A stretch of DNA of 34,031 nt. Source: a virus (Duplodnaviria > Caudoviricetes). The position numbers were made by a program, and so were the translations under genes. The notes below the pieces were generated by a model. The model ran no database searches. It worked only from the letters and a program-made list of their open reading frames with translations, and had not been told where the DNA came from. How positions within the stretch are numbered: the first letter of the stretch is position 1; the number at the start of each line of letters is the position of its first letter. Shown one piece after another: positions 20,731 through 28,827 of the stretch. The stretch lies in IMG/VR virus record IMGVR_UViG_3300006879_000011, positions 1 to 34,031 of that record; one strand, given 5' to 3'.

Positions 20731-20819
20731 GCCAGCTTGCGCCTAGTGACAACTGACTGTTTTGTACTTTTAGAAAACAGAAAAGGAGTTCCTCCGTTCT
20801 TTTTTTTTAAATTCTAGGC
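20731..20819 (-). ncRNA. Candidate pseudoknotted long-loop RNA, copy A
   Basis: P1 GCCTAG/CTAGGC; P2 GTCAG-TTGT/GCAA-(G)-CTGGC; 2-nt linker; A-rich loop. Hand-folded. Confidence 0.5.
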
Positions 20820-20821
20820 TA

Positions 20822-20864
20822 TACCCATGAACCGAATTGAACGGTTCTAAATACCTTTATGGGT
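20822..20864 (-). ncRNA. tRNA-like minihelix (acceptor + T arm mimic), copy 2
   Basis: ACCCAT-AAAGGTATTTA-GAACCG-TTCAATT-CGGTTC-ATGGGT-A. Confidence 0.7.
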
Positions 20865-21072
20865 TGTCATCTTCGCTATCCGTCTGATAAACAATAATCT
20901 GATTATCCTCCAGCTTTTTTATTTTTGCTTTTGCCTCTTTCAACTCAGCCTGCAAGTCTGCAACCTGTTGTGCGTAACTTGATTTAACGCTCTCAAATCC
21001 AGCGTACATACTAGCTCCAAGCACACCTACACTTATGCAGACCGAGAGGGCGAAGAGCCAGTTAAATTTCAT
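20857..21072 (-). CDS. Small membrane-anchored coiled-coil protein
   Basis: 71 aa with N-terminal TM and GGAGG RBS. Confidence 0.75.
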   Translation of the reverse strand: MKFNWLFALSVCISVGVLGASMYAGFESVKSSYAQQVADLQAELKEAKAKIKKLEDNQIIVYQTDSEDDNP

Positions 21073-21076
21073 TTTT

Positions 21077-21412
21077 CTACCCTCCTAGCTCTAAACGCTC
21101 AATTCCTTCAGCGCGTTCAATTTTGCGGCGCTGCCTACGGAGTCGTTTAGTTTCCTCTGTGTCAAATTTCTTGATAGCGTATAAATACACTTCCGTTTCA
21201 TGCCCCGGCTTAATGCGATCCGATTTTGCTCTAAGTGCATCCAGTGCAATATCGGCTGGGATATAATCAAGTAATTCGATTAGAATATCGAACGGTGGCA
21301 TTAATCCTTTGATTTTAGCACATCGGTAACGTTTGCGGTCATAATCATCCAAAACTAACTGCAGCAATACATCTTCCATTGCTTCATAGAATTTTTTTGT
21401 TACTCTATCCAT
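21077..21412 (-). CDS. Hypothetical protein
   Basis: Start revised to ATG 21412 (RBS GAGGG, just after the upstream stop); 111 aa, basic C-terminus. Confidence 0.7.
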   Translation of the reverse strand: MDRVTKKFYEAMEDVLLQLVLDDYDRKRYRCAKIKGLMPPFDILIELLDYIPADIALDALRAKSDRIKPGHETEVYLYAIKKFDTEETKRLRRQRRKIERAEGIERLELGG

Positions 21413-21413
21413 C

Positions 21414-21779
21414 TTATCCCTCTTTTTTGCGTTCTCTACGTTCTTTGTGATAGTTTTGATAGTACTCTTTATGTTCTTTATAATAGTTTCTGTAATATTC
21501 TTTCCTATCACGTACTTTTTCTAAATCGCTTCTATAGGCTCTCAGAAGCTCTCTAAGCCCCTCTTTTGCTTCCGCGGTAAAATCTACGTCTCCTTGCTTA
21601 ACGACGCTTATAAACGTTTCTAGGACGTCTATAGTGGCTCTCAGTTTTACAGCTTTCCCGACTGGCTCACCCGTATAGTTTTTGAAGGTGTTTTTTTCTA
21701 CCAAAAACTTGAACCTGTCCTTATCACTAATCGAATTTATCAAGATAGCTTGATACTGCTTTTTATCTAGTAGGTGCAT
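21414..21779 (-). CDS. Hypothetical protein with YYxxYY basic helical C-terminus
   Basis: 121 aa, AAGGAG RBS, own promoter. Confidence 0.7.
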   Translation of the reverse strand: MHLLDKKQYQAILINSISDKDRFKFLVEKNTFKNYTGEPVGKAVKLRATIDVLETFISVVKQGDVDFTAEAKEGLRELLRAYRSDLEKVRDRKEYYRNYYKEHKEYYQNYHKERRERKKEG

Positions 21780-21811
21780 TCATTTTCTCCTTTGCTTTAC
21801 TTTATAAATAT

Positions 21812-21848
21812 ATTATAACTAACTTGTTTTAATTTGTCAACACTTTTT
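21812..21848 (-). promoter_or_regulatory. Consensus sigma70 promoter
   Basis: AAAAAGTG-TTGACA-17 bp-TATAAT. Confidence 0.9.
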
Positions 21849-22254
21849 ATTGAAAAAGTTTAAAATATTTTTCGGCTTTTTTAATCGCTTTGTCCACGAA
21901 ATATTCCATACGTTCCTTGTCCGAAATTCCAGCTGCATCAGCTTTCTTGTTGTAATGCCATAATTGTGTTGCTTTACCCAGTTGCTCGTCAATCTCCATG
22001 GCAAACGTTAATTTGATTTGTTCGTTAAGCTCCTTAAACTCTTCACCAGTTAGTTTCCTTGTTTTGCTTTCAGTTAAGATACGGTTTTTTAAATACTGTT
22101 TAGTGCGTGTAATTTTACGTTGCATACTAACCAAGTTGCCGTCAGTAGCAATCCAGGTGTAATTCGTAATTACTTTAGCTAACTCTTTCCAAGCCTCAGC
22201 CTGCCAGCAGCGTTCCAAATATTCCTCATCTGTTATCACAATCATTTTATCCAT
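21847..22254 (-). CDS. Hypothetical protein
   Basis: 135 aa ORF with AAGGAG RBS downstream of the origin. Confidence 0.75.
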   Translation of the reverse strand: MDKMIVITDEEYLERCWQAEAWKELAKVITNYTWIATDGNLVSMQRKITRTKQYLKNRILTESKTRKLTGEEFKELNEQIKLTFAMEIDEQLGKATQLWHYNKKADAAGISDKERMEYFVDKAIKKAEKYFKLFQ

Positions 22255-22289
22255 GTCTTTTCTCCTTTTTGTATATTTGCATATTTTTT

Positions 22290-22645
22290 ATTTTTGACCA
22301 CATGACCACTATTTTTTCTCTATATAAATAAAATAAAATTAATATATAATAATTAAATATAATAATTAAAATATATTATATTATATTATTTTAATGGTAA
22401 TTTATATATTTTATATAGCTAAACCCTTGATATTACTGCATTTTTGGATTACCACGTAAGCTGGTAAGGTATTTTTACAGAAATGCTCTAAGCCCTTGAT
22501 ACAACTGGATTTGTGATGTTACCACGTAAGCTGGTATGTTTCTCATTTTGCTGGTAATTACATGGTTTTTCCCACAAAAAAGTTAAATTATTACCACGTA
22601 TTTGGTGGTAACTTTTACGATTACCACCACTTATATGGTAATATT
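22290..22645. other. Putative replication origin (AT-rich tract plus iterons)
   Basis: Non-coding region right after the VirE-type helicase; nearly pure A/T at 22321-22417; TTACCACGTAAGCTGGTA twice (22449, 22519); further TTACCA..TGGTAA palindromes at 22591-22611 and 22621-22641. Confidence 0.8.
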
Positions 22646-22684
22646 TTTATACATTTTAATGCATAAATGAATACTTATTCTTGA

Positions 22685-24034
22685 TTACTGTTTGATTCGT
22701 TTATAGCCACGAACTAGTGAACCATGGACTGACTTGCGTGTGTTCTTGAATTCTGGGTTGTTATCCATCCAAATTTTGATTCTGCTGATTGTTTTTTTGT
22801 CTGTCGCTTCTTTATTGAATACGTTGTAAGCGATTTGTTTCAACGTGATAAAATCCTGTTTGGTTGTTAACTCATAAGTGCCGTCTTCTACCAACTGGTA
22901 TCTAAATCCATAAAGCTGGCTTTGTGTTAATTGTCTTTGCTGCGTGATATTCAGCTCGCTGAAATTTTCTGGAAGCAACAAGTCAAGGTAGCGTTCGATT
23001 TCTTCCACCATCGGGTCAATGTATTTGAAGCTTTCTTGGTACTCGATACGTTTTTCATCAAGTTTGTCGAAACTATCTAAGTCATACCCGTTTTTGTAAA
23101 GAGAAACAGCCTCACCCCACAGTTGGATGATGTCGTCTTCTTCCATCTTCATTGGGTGCTTCTTCTGCTCTTCTGGGTTTACTAGGATAGGCATAAAACG
23201 TCGGTCGCCTGTGTTGTCTTTTAAGTATTCAATATTGTTTGTTGTTCGTGCGATAACGAAGTTCTTCGCATATGAAGCGCCCCGTCTGTCATAAGATTTT
23301 CGGAACTCTAAAACGGTTTTAGAAATAAATGCTTTTGTTTCGTCAAAGCTCATTCTTTTTGAGGCTGTCATTTCATCATCGTTCACGATTAAAGCTTTAA
23401 GCATGACGTTATAAGAATCCTTATCTGTAAAGCTAACAGCATTTGACGTGTACCAGCCGCGGGCAATTTTAGATAGAAATGAAGTCTTACCAACCCCTTG
23501 ACCTCCTACTAGGTCTAGGACTGTATCCACTTTAGTGAGTGGTTCGTAAACTTTAGCAACTGCACTTGTGAAAAATACTTTTGCAATGGTTTCCGTGGTT
23601 TCGTTGACCTCTGCACCTAGCCAGTAATTAAATACTGTTTTTAGTCGTTCCTTGCCGTCCCAAACCTTAAGAGCTTGCTCCATATAATCCTTAACTGGAT
23701 TGTACTTCTTAGTGTCCCAAAAGATATTAAGCGCACCAGTGATTGCAGCTGGTTTAAATACCACATCAAGCTCTGTCTCAAAGTATTCAGAAAGAATATC
23801 CTCAAAACTTGGCTTGATTGAACCTTTAGGTATCAAAGTGCCATTTAAATAGAAATCGTTGATAACCTCAGGCTCTTGTGTGAACTCGTTAAATGCTAGG
23901 TTATCAGCGAATACGTCTGCGTTTAAAAGTAATGTTTTAACGTTGTATATTGAGTTACTTACTGGAATTCCGTTTTTATCCAACTTTAAACTTGTACCAT
24001 TTACTGTTTTATCCATTTTTATTACTTCACCCAT
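22685..24034 (-). CDS. VirE/VapE-family P-loop ATPase (primase-associated helicase)
   Basis: Walker A GGQGVGKT, IVNDDEM, and RTTNNIEYLKDNTGDRRFMPI, QLWGEA motifs. Confidence 0.9.
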   Translation of the reverse strand: MGEVIKMDKTVNGTSLKLDKNGIPVSNSIYNVKTLLLNADVFADNLAFNEFTQEPEVINDFYLNGTLIPKGSIKPSFEDILSEYFETELDVVFKPAAITGALNIFWDTKKYNPVKDYMEQALKVWDGKERLKTVFNYWLGAEVNETTETIAKVFFTSAVAKVYEPLTKVDTVLDLVGGQGVGKTSFLSKIARGWYTSNAVSFTDKDSYNVMLKALIVNDDEMTASKRMSFDETKAFISKTVLEFRKSYDRRGASYAKNFVIARTTNNIEYLKDNTGDRRFMPILVNPEEQKKHPMKMEEDDIIQLWGEAVSLYKNGYDLDSFDKLDEKRIEYQESFKYIDPMVEEIERYLDLLLPENFSELNITQQRQLTQSQLYGFRYQLVEDGTYELTTKQDFITLKQIAYNVFNKEATDKKTISRIKIWMDNNPEFKNTRKSVHGSLVRGYKRIKQ

Positions 24035-24037
24035 TTT

Positions 24038-24202
24038 TTAAAACTCCTCCGATACTTTAATTTCGAGGTCGTAACTCCAAACGCCATCTGCATGAGCTAG
24101 GTCTTCGGCGGTTGCTTTTGCTTCTTCAATGTTATCTGCATCAATGATAAAAGTGTCAATTTCTTTTCCGTTTTTAATAAATTTTACTTCAAATTCTTTC
24201 AT
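24038..24202 (-). CDS. 54-aa acidic protein; not in ORF track
   Basis: AAGGAG RBS; MKEFEVKFIKNGKEIDTFIIDADNIEEAKATAEDLAHADGVWSYDLEIKVSEEF. Confidence 0.8.
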   Translation of the reverse strand: MKEFEVKFIKNGKEIDTFIIDADNIEEAKATAEDLAHADGVWSYDLEIKVSEEF

Positions 24203-24231
24203 GTTTTTTCTCCTTTATTCTTGTTTATTCG

Positions 24232-24453
24232 TTATTTCACTTCTTCGGCATATTTCCAAGCCCATGCAAAGTCTTTTTTGATTTCTGCTTCAGTTAGTTG
24301 ATAGCACTCGTAACCTTTCCAGTCGTCTGACTCAAAGCACCAGATGCATACTTGACCTTCTGCGTATTTACGTAATACGTAGTGTTCTGGTGGCGTTTGG
24401 TTAGGAATTTCAACTGTGTAACGTTTTTCTTTAGGTGTTTCTTGTTTAATCAT
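24232..24453 (-). CDS. Stand-alone C-terminal module of DUF1642-type proteins
   Basis: KEKRYTVEIPN...LTEAEIKKDFAWAWKYAEEV resembles the C-terminal half of streptococcal DUF1642 proteins. Confidence 0.65.
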   Translation of the reverse strand: MIKQETPKEKRYTVEIPNQTPPEHYVLRKYAEGQVCIWCFESDDWKGYECYQLTEAEIKKDFAWAWKYAEEVK

Positions 24454-24486
24454 TTTTTTTGGTTCTCCTTTATTCTTTATATATAT

Positions 24487-24538
24487 ATTATATCAAATTT
24501 TTGGGCATTGTCAACACTTTTTTGAAAAAAAGTTTAAT
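24487..24538 (-). promoter_or_regulatory. Consensus sigma70 promoter with upstream inverted repeat
   Basis: ACTTTTTTTCAAAAAAGTG-TTGACA-16 bp (ending TGn)-TATAAT. Confidence 0.88.
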
Positions 24539-25361
24539 TTTTTTTACTGTATCTTCTATCTGTATTGTACATAGACTCAATCGTGGTGTGCAGCTCCCTA
24601 GCACTCAGTGGTTGTGGACTCTTGTCGTTCATAACATTGACTAATAAGACAACGATTTCTTTTTCAATCCCCATTGAAATGAGTTTTCCAGTGTAACTTG
24701 CCACCGTGTTATTCCTAGCTCCTTCACCGCCTAAACCTTTTAAACACTCATTGACAGCTTGGGTTACTTTAGAAACTTTGGGAACGTCTCTTTTGAAGCA
24801 ACTGAGAGCGCCTGTGTATCGTGTCTTATCGTCTTCAATTCCAGCTGTTTCTTTGATAGCGTTGGTAAATTCTTCTGTAGCCATTGCAAAGGCTAGATTT
24901 TCAAGAGACTTCTCAAAGTCCCATTTATAAGCTGCTCCATCAATCACGCTTGGCGGAGCTACTACGTAATTATTGACGTGGAACTTAATGTCGACACCAT
25001 CTAAAAAATCCACTTTTTGCGGCATTGTAAAACCGACTGGCTTTTTGAAAAACAAGTGTTTCCCACCGCTGGCGGTCAAGACTTGGCTGGTGCGTGGTAT
25101 TGTTCTGACGTGTTCCCATTCTTTCAACGATTGATAGCCATTATTTTCACCGTGGACGTCAATATCAATCACGAAAAAGTCCCTTGTTTTCAGAGCAATA
25201 TTTGCGTTCGGTGTTTTTGTCCAAACTTCTACAATCTCGCTCTCGGTCATCGGTGGTCTATCTGCGAACTTCTGCATAGGTCTTTTTGTGTTTGGTATTA
25301 ACGGAACAACGTCAAAGCCTCTGCGTGCGTATCCAAGTGCAAAATGTAACATATTTTCCAT
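24534..25361 (-). CDS. Bifunctional DNA primase/polymerase (Prim-Pol + PriCT-1)
   Basis: VIDIDVH, TASGGKHLFF, YVVAPPS and GARNN...ELHTTIES motifs. Confidence 0.92.
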   Translation of the reverse strand: MENMLHFALGYARRGFDVVPLIPNTKRPMQKFADRPPMTESEIVEVWTKTPNANIALKTRDFFVIDIDVHGENNGYQSLKEWEHVRTIPRTSQVLTASGGKHLFFKKPVGFTMPQKVDFLDGVDIKFHVNNYVVAPPSVIDGAAYKWDFEKSLENLAFAMATEEFTNAIKETAGIEDDKTRYTGALSCFKRDVPKVSKVTQAVNECLKGLGGEGARNNTVASYTGKLISMGIEKEIVVLLVNVMNDKSPQPLSARELHTTIESMYNTDRRYSKKN

Positions 25362-25392
25362 AATTTTTTCTCCTTTATTTTTTTTGCTATTC

Positions 25393-25563
25393 TTAAATTA
25401 TTTCAGTTGTCGAGTAGTCTGCATCGTAATACTTTTTAAGTGCTTCAGCGATTGTTCTAGCATCTGACAAGCTCATAGTTTTTAATAAGAACAGTTTGAA
25501 AGCTTCTTCACATCCCTTAGAATATAGCGAAATCCTTATATTAAATTCTTTTAGTTCAAACAT
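25393..25563 (-). CDS. 56-aa hypothetical protein
   Basis: Start revised to ATG 25563 (RBS AAAGAGG), behind its own promoter. Confidence 0.7.
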   Translation of the reverse strand: MFELKEFNIRISLYSKGCEEAFKLFLLKTMSLSDARTIAEALKKYYDADYSTTEII

Positions 25564-25596
25564 AAAAAAACCTCTTTCAACTTTTTTTGTAATTAA

Positions 25597-25626
25597 ATTA
25601 TACAACATATTGTGTCTGATGGTCAA
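25597..25626 (-). promoter_or_regulatory. sigma70 promoter
   Basis: TTGACC-18 bp-TATAAT. Confidence 0.7.
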
Positions 25627-25637
25627 TAGTAAACACA

Positions 25638-25665
25638 GAAAAAGAGAAGTTTTTTTACTTCTCTT
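25638..25665 (-). terminator. Intrinsic terminator after ssb
   Basis: AAGAGAAGT/ACTTCTCTT stem followed by T tract. Confidence 0.7.
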
Positions 25666-25674
25666 ATTACTGTT

Positions 25675-26013
25675 TTAGAACGGCATATCAAGGTCTGAAA
25701 TGTCAACTGATTGATTACCGAATGAATTTGTTTCAGCATCTGTCAAAAAGTCTGTAATGGCGATTTGTGGGTACACTCCTTTTCCGTCAGCTTTTTTGTG
25801 AGAGTAGCGCCCTTTAACCTCGACAAGGTTACCGATTGAGGCTTCTAGCTTTGGAATGTTGTCACCGAAAGCAACAACGTTAATGTAGCCATTCACCCAA
25901 TTGCCTTGCTCGTCTTTCCCATTTGAAAAAGACATACTTGCTGTCATAAATTTGTTAGTCTTTTTGTTGTATTGATCATTAAAATTGATCCATCCACGGT
26001 TTTGAATATCCAT
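25675..26013 (-). CDS. ssb: Single-stranded DNA-binding protein
   Basis: OB-fold pattern (YINVVAFG, LVEVKGR) and acidic C-terminal DISDLDMPF. Confidence 0.88.
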   Translation of the reverse strand: MDIQNRGWINFNDQYNKKTNKFMTASMSFSNGKDEQGNWVNGYINVVAFGDNIPKLEASIGNLVEVKGRYSHKKADGKGVYPQIAITDFLTDAETNSFGNQSVDISDLDMPF

Positions 26014-26015
26014 AA

Positions 26016-26585
26016 TTATTTTTCCTCCATTGTTTCGTTTTTATATTTCCAAATGTACCCACCAGCTGTTTTGTATACACCCTTGGCGCATTTTGTTATA
26101 TTAGACACATGAGTGCCTGTTGCATTACAAGCCGACGACAAACTTTCGTATTCTGCAACTAGCTCACCATCTATAGATAGCTGCCGCACTGCCCTGCCTT
26201 GTGCTTCAACTATTGCCTTTCTCGCCCGTTCTTGACGCGTGCCGTAATTTAAATTTTCTTTGTGAGTCACCCATTCTAAGTTGCTTGCGTGATTGTTGCT
26301 TGGATTTTCGTCCTTGTGGTTCACCTCTTCCTTTTCTAAGGGGTTAGGAACAAATGCTTCGGCGACAATACGGTGAATATTAGCGGATTTTGTACAACCG
26401 TCTTTGTGAAGAGTGACTCCGGAATAACCACCACTGTAACTAGAGCCCTTGAGTATTCTATCTTTTATTTTACGCTTGCGGCCGTCATTGCATTCAACGA
26501 TTCTGGCTAAGCTCCTCACTCTGCCAATGTTTGATACTTCATAGAACCCCTCATACCCAACAACTGGCTTCCAAATTTCTTTCAT
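26016..26585 (-). CDS. NUMOD4-HNH homing endonuclease
   Basis: [23 protein letters not shown]; HRIVAEAF..VNHKDE..NN..NLEWVT; C-terminal TAGGYIWKY. Confidence 0.93.
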   Translation of the reverse strand: MKEIWKPVVGYEGFYEVSNIGRVRSLARIVECNDGRKRKIKDRILKGSSYSGGYSGVTLHKDGCTKSANIHRIVAEAFVPNPLEKEEVNHKDENPSNNHASNLEWVTHKENLNYGTRQERARKAIVEAQGRAVRQLSIDGELVAEYESLSSACNATGTHVSNITKCAKGVYKTAGGYIWKYKNETMEEK

Positions 26586-26616
26586 GATTATTTTTATTCT
26601 CCTTTTTAATTCAGTT

Positions 26617-27249
26617 TTACAGTCCAGCTTTCACCATCAATTGCTTAACAAGTGCGTTCGCTTTTGCGTAGCTAGACTGGTTGATTGCCTCAAAGTTATC
26701 AACTCCAATCCGTTGCGCCACCCAGTTCTCTAGCTCGTTTACGTCTTTACCTGTTGCGGTTGCTAATTTAACCAAGTCGAGTCGTAGAGCTGTCACATCG
26801 TCTTTAGAGAACTTCCTATTTGAACCTTGTGACCCCCCGCCAGTAATCTTTTGGTGGCTGTCGCTATCTGGATCAACCGCATCATCGATAAGGAAAAGCC
26901 CATTTAACGCATATTTACGACTGTAAGATGATGCTGTACCAGTTGACTGGCTGTGGTCCATCCCTTTTTTTTGCTCCGCTTCCCTAGCCATCGCCTTAAC
27001 GCTGACAGATTCGCCTGTTTCGCAATCAATGAATGTCGCCGTTGAAACAACATACGACCAAAGGCACTCGCTCACTTTAATCTCGTCACTTAATAGCACG
27101 ATTGCATTATGCTCTTTTAAAATAGGTTTAAGGGCTTCTAATATATCTTCGCAGCTTCTATACATATAGTTACCAAAATTATTCTTTTTATTTTTTGGCG
27201 CTTTAAGCTCTGATTGGACTGCTAACAATTTTTTATAAACTTCTTTCAT
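26617..27249 (-). CDS. ERF-family single-strand annealing recombinase
   Basis: YRSCEDILEALKP and QSTGTASSYSRKYALNGLFLIDD ERF motif. Confidence 0.92.
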   Translation of the reverse strand: MKEVYKKLLAVQSELKAPKNKKNNFGNYMYRSCEDILEALKPILKEHNAIVLLSDEIKVSECLWSYVVSTATFIDCETGESVSVKAMAREAEQKKGMDHSQSTGTASSYSRKYALNGLFLIDDAVDPDSDSHQKITGGGSQGSNRKFSKDDVTALRLDLVKLATATGKDVNELENWVAQRIGVDNFEAINQSSYAKANALVKQLMVKAGL

Positions 27250-27269
27250 GTTTTTTACCTCTTTTTTTA

Positions 27270-27827
27270 TTAACTTCTAACTACTTCTTCTTTGTATTTC
27301 CAAATATATCCGCCAGCCGTCTTGCGTTTTCCACGTACACAAGCAGAAATATTTTTGAAAGTTATTCCGAGTTTTCTATCAGCTTCGTGTATGCTCCAAA
27401 ATTCGGCTACGATTTTACCATCTCTAGTGAATTGTTGAATTGGTTTTCCTTGCGTTTTCGCCATGCGTTCGTTGTGTGTCCCATGATTGTTATTTTCTTT
27501 GATAGTCATCCACTCTAGATTTTCTACACGGTTGTCAGTTTTAATCTCATTGATATGATTAACTGTTGGTTTATTCTCTGGGTTAGGGATAAAAGCTGTA
27601 GCAACTAAACGATGGATTGTCGCAGTTTTATGTCCTCTATTGTTGCAAAGAGTTACATATGAGTATCCGTGAGTGTTATTTCTTGATTTCAACACTTTCC
27701 CCTTATACTTGTGTTTTGCTCCATTGCTGTATGTAACAATTCTGTCGCAACTCCTAACCCTACCAATGTTACTAACCTCATATATCCCCTCATAACCGCT
27801 TATCGGTTTCCAAATTTCATCTGTCAT
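27270..27827 (-). CDS. NUMOD4-HNH homing endonuclease
   Basis: [23 protein letters not shown]; [20 protein letters not shown]; TAGGYIWKY. Confidence 0.93.
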   Translation of the reverse strand: MTDEIWKPISGYEGIYEVSNIGRVRSCDRIVTYSNGAKHKYKGKVLKSRNNTHGYSYVTLCNNRGHKTATIHRLVATAFIPNPENKPTVNHINEIKTDNRVENLEWMTIKENNNHGTHNERMAKTQGKPIQQFTRDGKIVAEFWSIHEADRKLGITFKNISACVRGKRKTAGGYIWKYKEEVVRS

Positions 27828-27855
27828 GTTTTTTCTCCTTTTGTTTTATGTACTA

Positions 27856-27908
27856 ATTATACAACTTACTTTTCTTTTTGTCAACACTTTTTTTGAAAAA
27901 AGTTTAAA
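27856..27908 (-). promoter_or_regulatory. Consensus sigma70 promoter with upstream inverted repeat
   Basis: ACTTTTTTCAAAAAAAGTG-TTGACA-17 bp-TATAAT. Confidence 0.9.
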
Positions 27909-27909
27909 T

Positions 27910-28827
27910 TTATTTCACCATGAACAATTTCTCTGTTTTGTCGCCATAACCTTGTGCGGCGAGTGTCGACTTGGATTTTTTAAATTCGTAAACACATTGG
28001 AAACGTTCGTCAGATATTTCATAACTTGAAATTAAAACAATGTTTTTCTTACTCATTTCATAAGCCCAATTATAAAATGATTGACTGTTAAATCTATCTA
28101 TTGAATATCCTTTGAGCGTTGTTCCTTCATATGGTGGGTCAAGATATAAGATAGCGTTTTCTACTCTAGAAAAAGCTTTATAGTCTAGGTTTGTTACTCT
28201 TAAGTCCTCAAGTTGTTCAAATTGTCCGAGTTGCTGAATCCGCTCCAATTGCTGAACCTGCTCCAATTGCTGCAAGCGTTGTGACTGTTCTAAAACTTGA
28301 GTCCTATCTACTTTCCCAACATCAAACGGACGGTAGGCGTTCTTATAGGTGTCTGTTTTTTTATACCCGCGGAAAGTATCGTGGTTTTTAATTATTTCAA
28401 TAGCTAAGTTGTATTTAATATCTGAAAATTCTTTGCTATATAAGTATCCTATTTTATTGTTCCCAAAAGAATTAACCAAAAGTTTTAAATTATCATTAAC
28501 GGATTTTTCTTGTTTGTCTCTAATCTTGAAAAATTCTTCTCGTCTTATAATGAGTGTCTTTAAGTATTCCCTATCTGATAAAATAACCTTTTTAAACATT
28601 TCTGTTATTGTTTCGTCTAAATCATTATAGTGTACATCTAATCCATTTATTAAGCATTCAGCAGTGATTGCGCCACCGCCACCGAAGATATCATAAATTG
28701 GTTTATCAGTGCCGAAATTCTGTTTGATAATCTCTACAATCTTCTTGCTGATTTTCTTTTTAGAGCCTTGATAAGGAAGTCCAATAGCCTTCCCTTTTCG
28801 CACTTTCTTTTCATCCAGCGTTAACAC
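27910..28827 (-). CDS. Orphan N6-adenine DNA methyltransferase (D12/Dam-like, group alpha)
   Basis: PYQGSK (motif X), DIFGGGGA (motif I), LYLDPPY (motif IV). Confidence 0.88.
   Translation of the reverse strand: MLTLDEKKVRKGKAIGLPYQGSKKKISKKIVEIIKQNFGTDKPIYDIFGGGGAITAECLINGLDVHYNDLDETITEMFKKVILSDREYLKTLIIRREEFFKIRDKQEKSVNDNLKLLVNSFGNNKIGYLYSKEFSDIKYNLAIEIIKNHDTFRGYKKTDTYKNAYRPFDVGKVDRTQVLEQSQRLQQLEQVQQLERIQQLGQFEQLEDLRVTNLDYKAFSRVENAILYLDPPYEGTTLKGYSIDRFNSQSFYNWAYEMSKKNIVLISSYEISDERFQCVYEFKKSKSTLAAQGYGDKTEKLFMVK

Noticed and set aside
20759-20778. GTTTTGTACT resembling the start of the S. thermophilus CRISPR1-type repeat (possible RNA anti-CRISPR or anti-repeat)
   Set aside because: Only about 9-10 AT-rich nt match; not distinguishable from chance without the host repeat sequence.
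26016-27827. Group I introns hosting the HNH genes
   Set aside because: Flanking genes (ssb, erf, MTase) are intact and the intergenic gaps are too short for intron cores.
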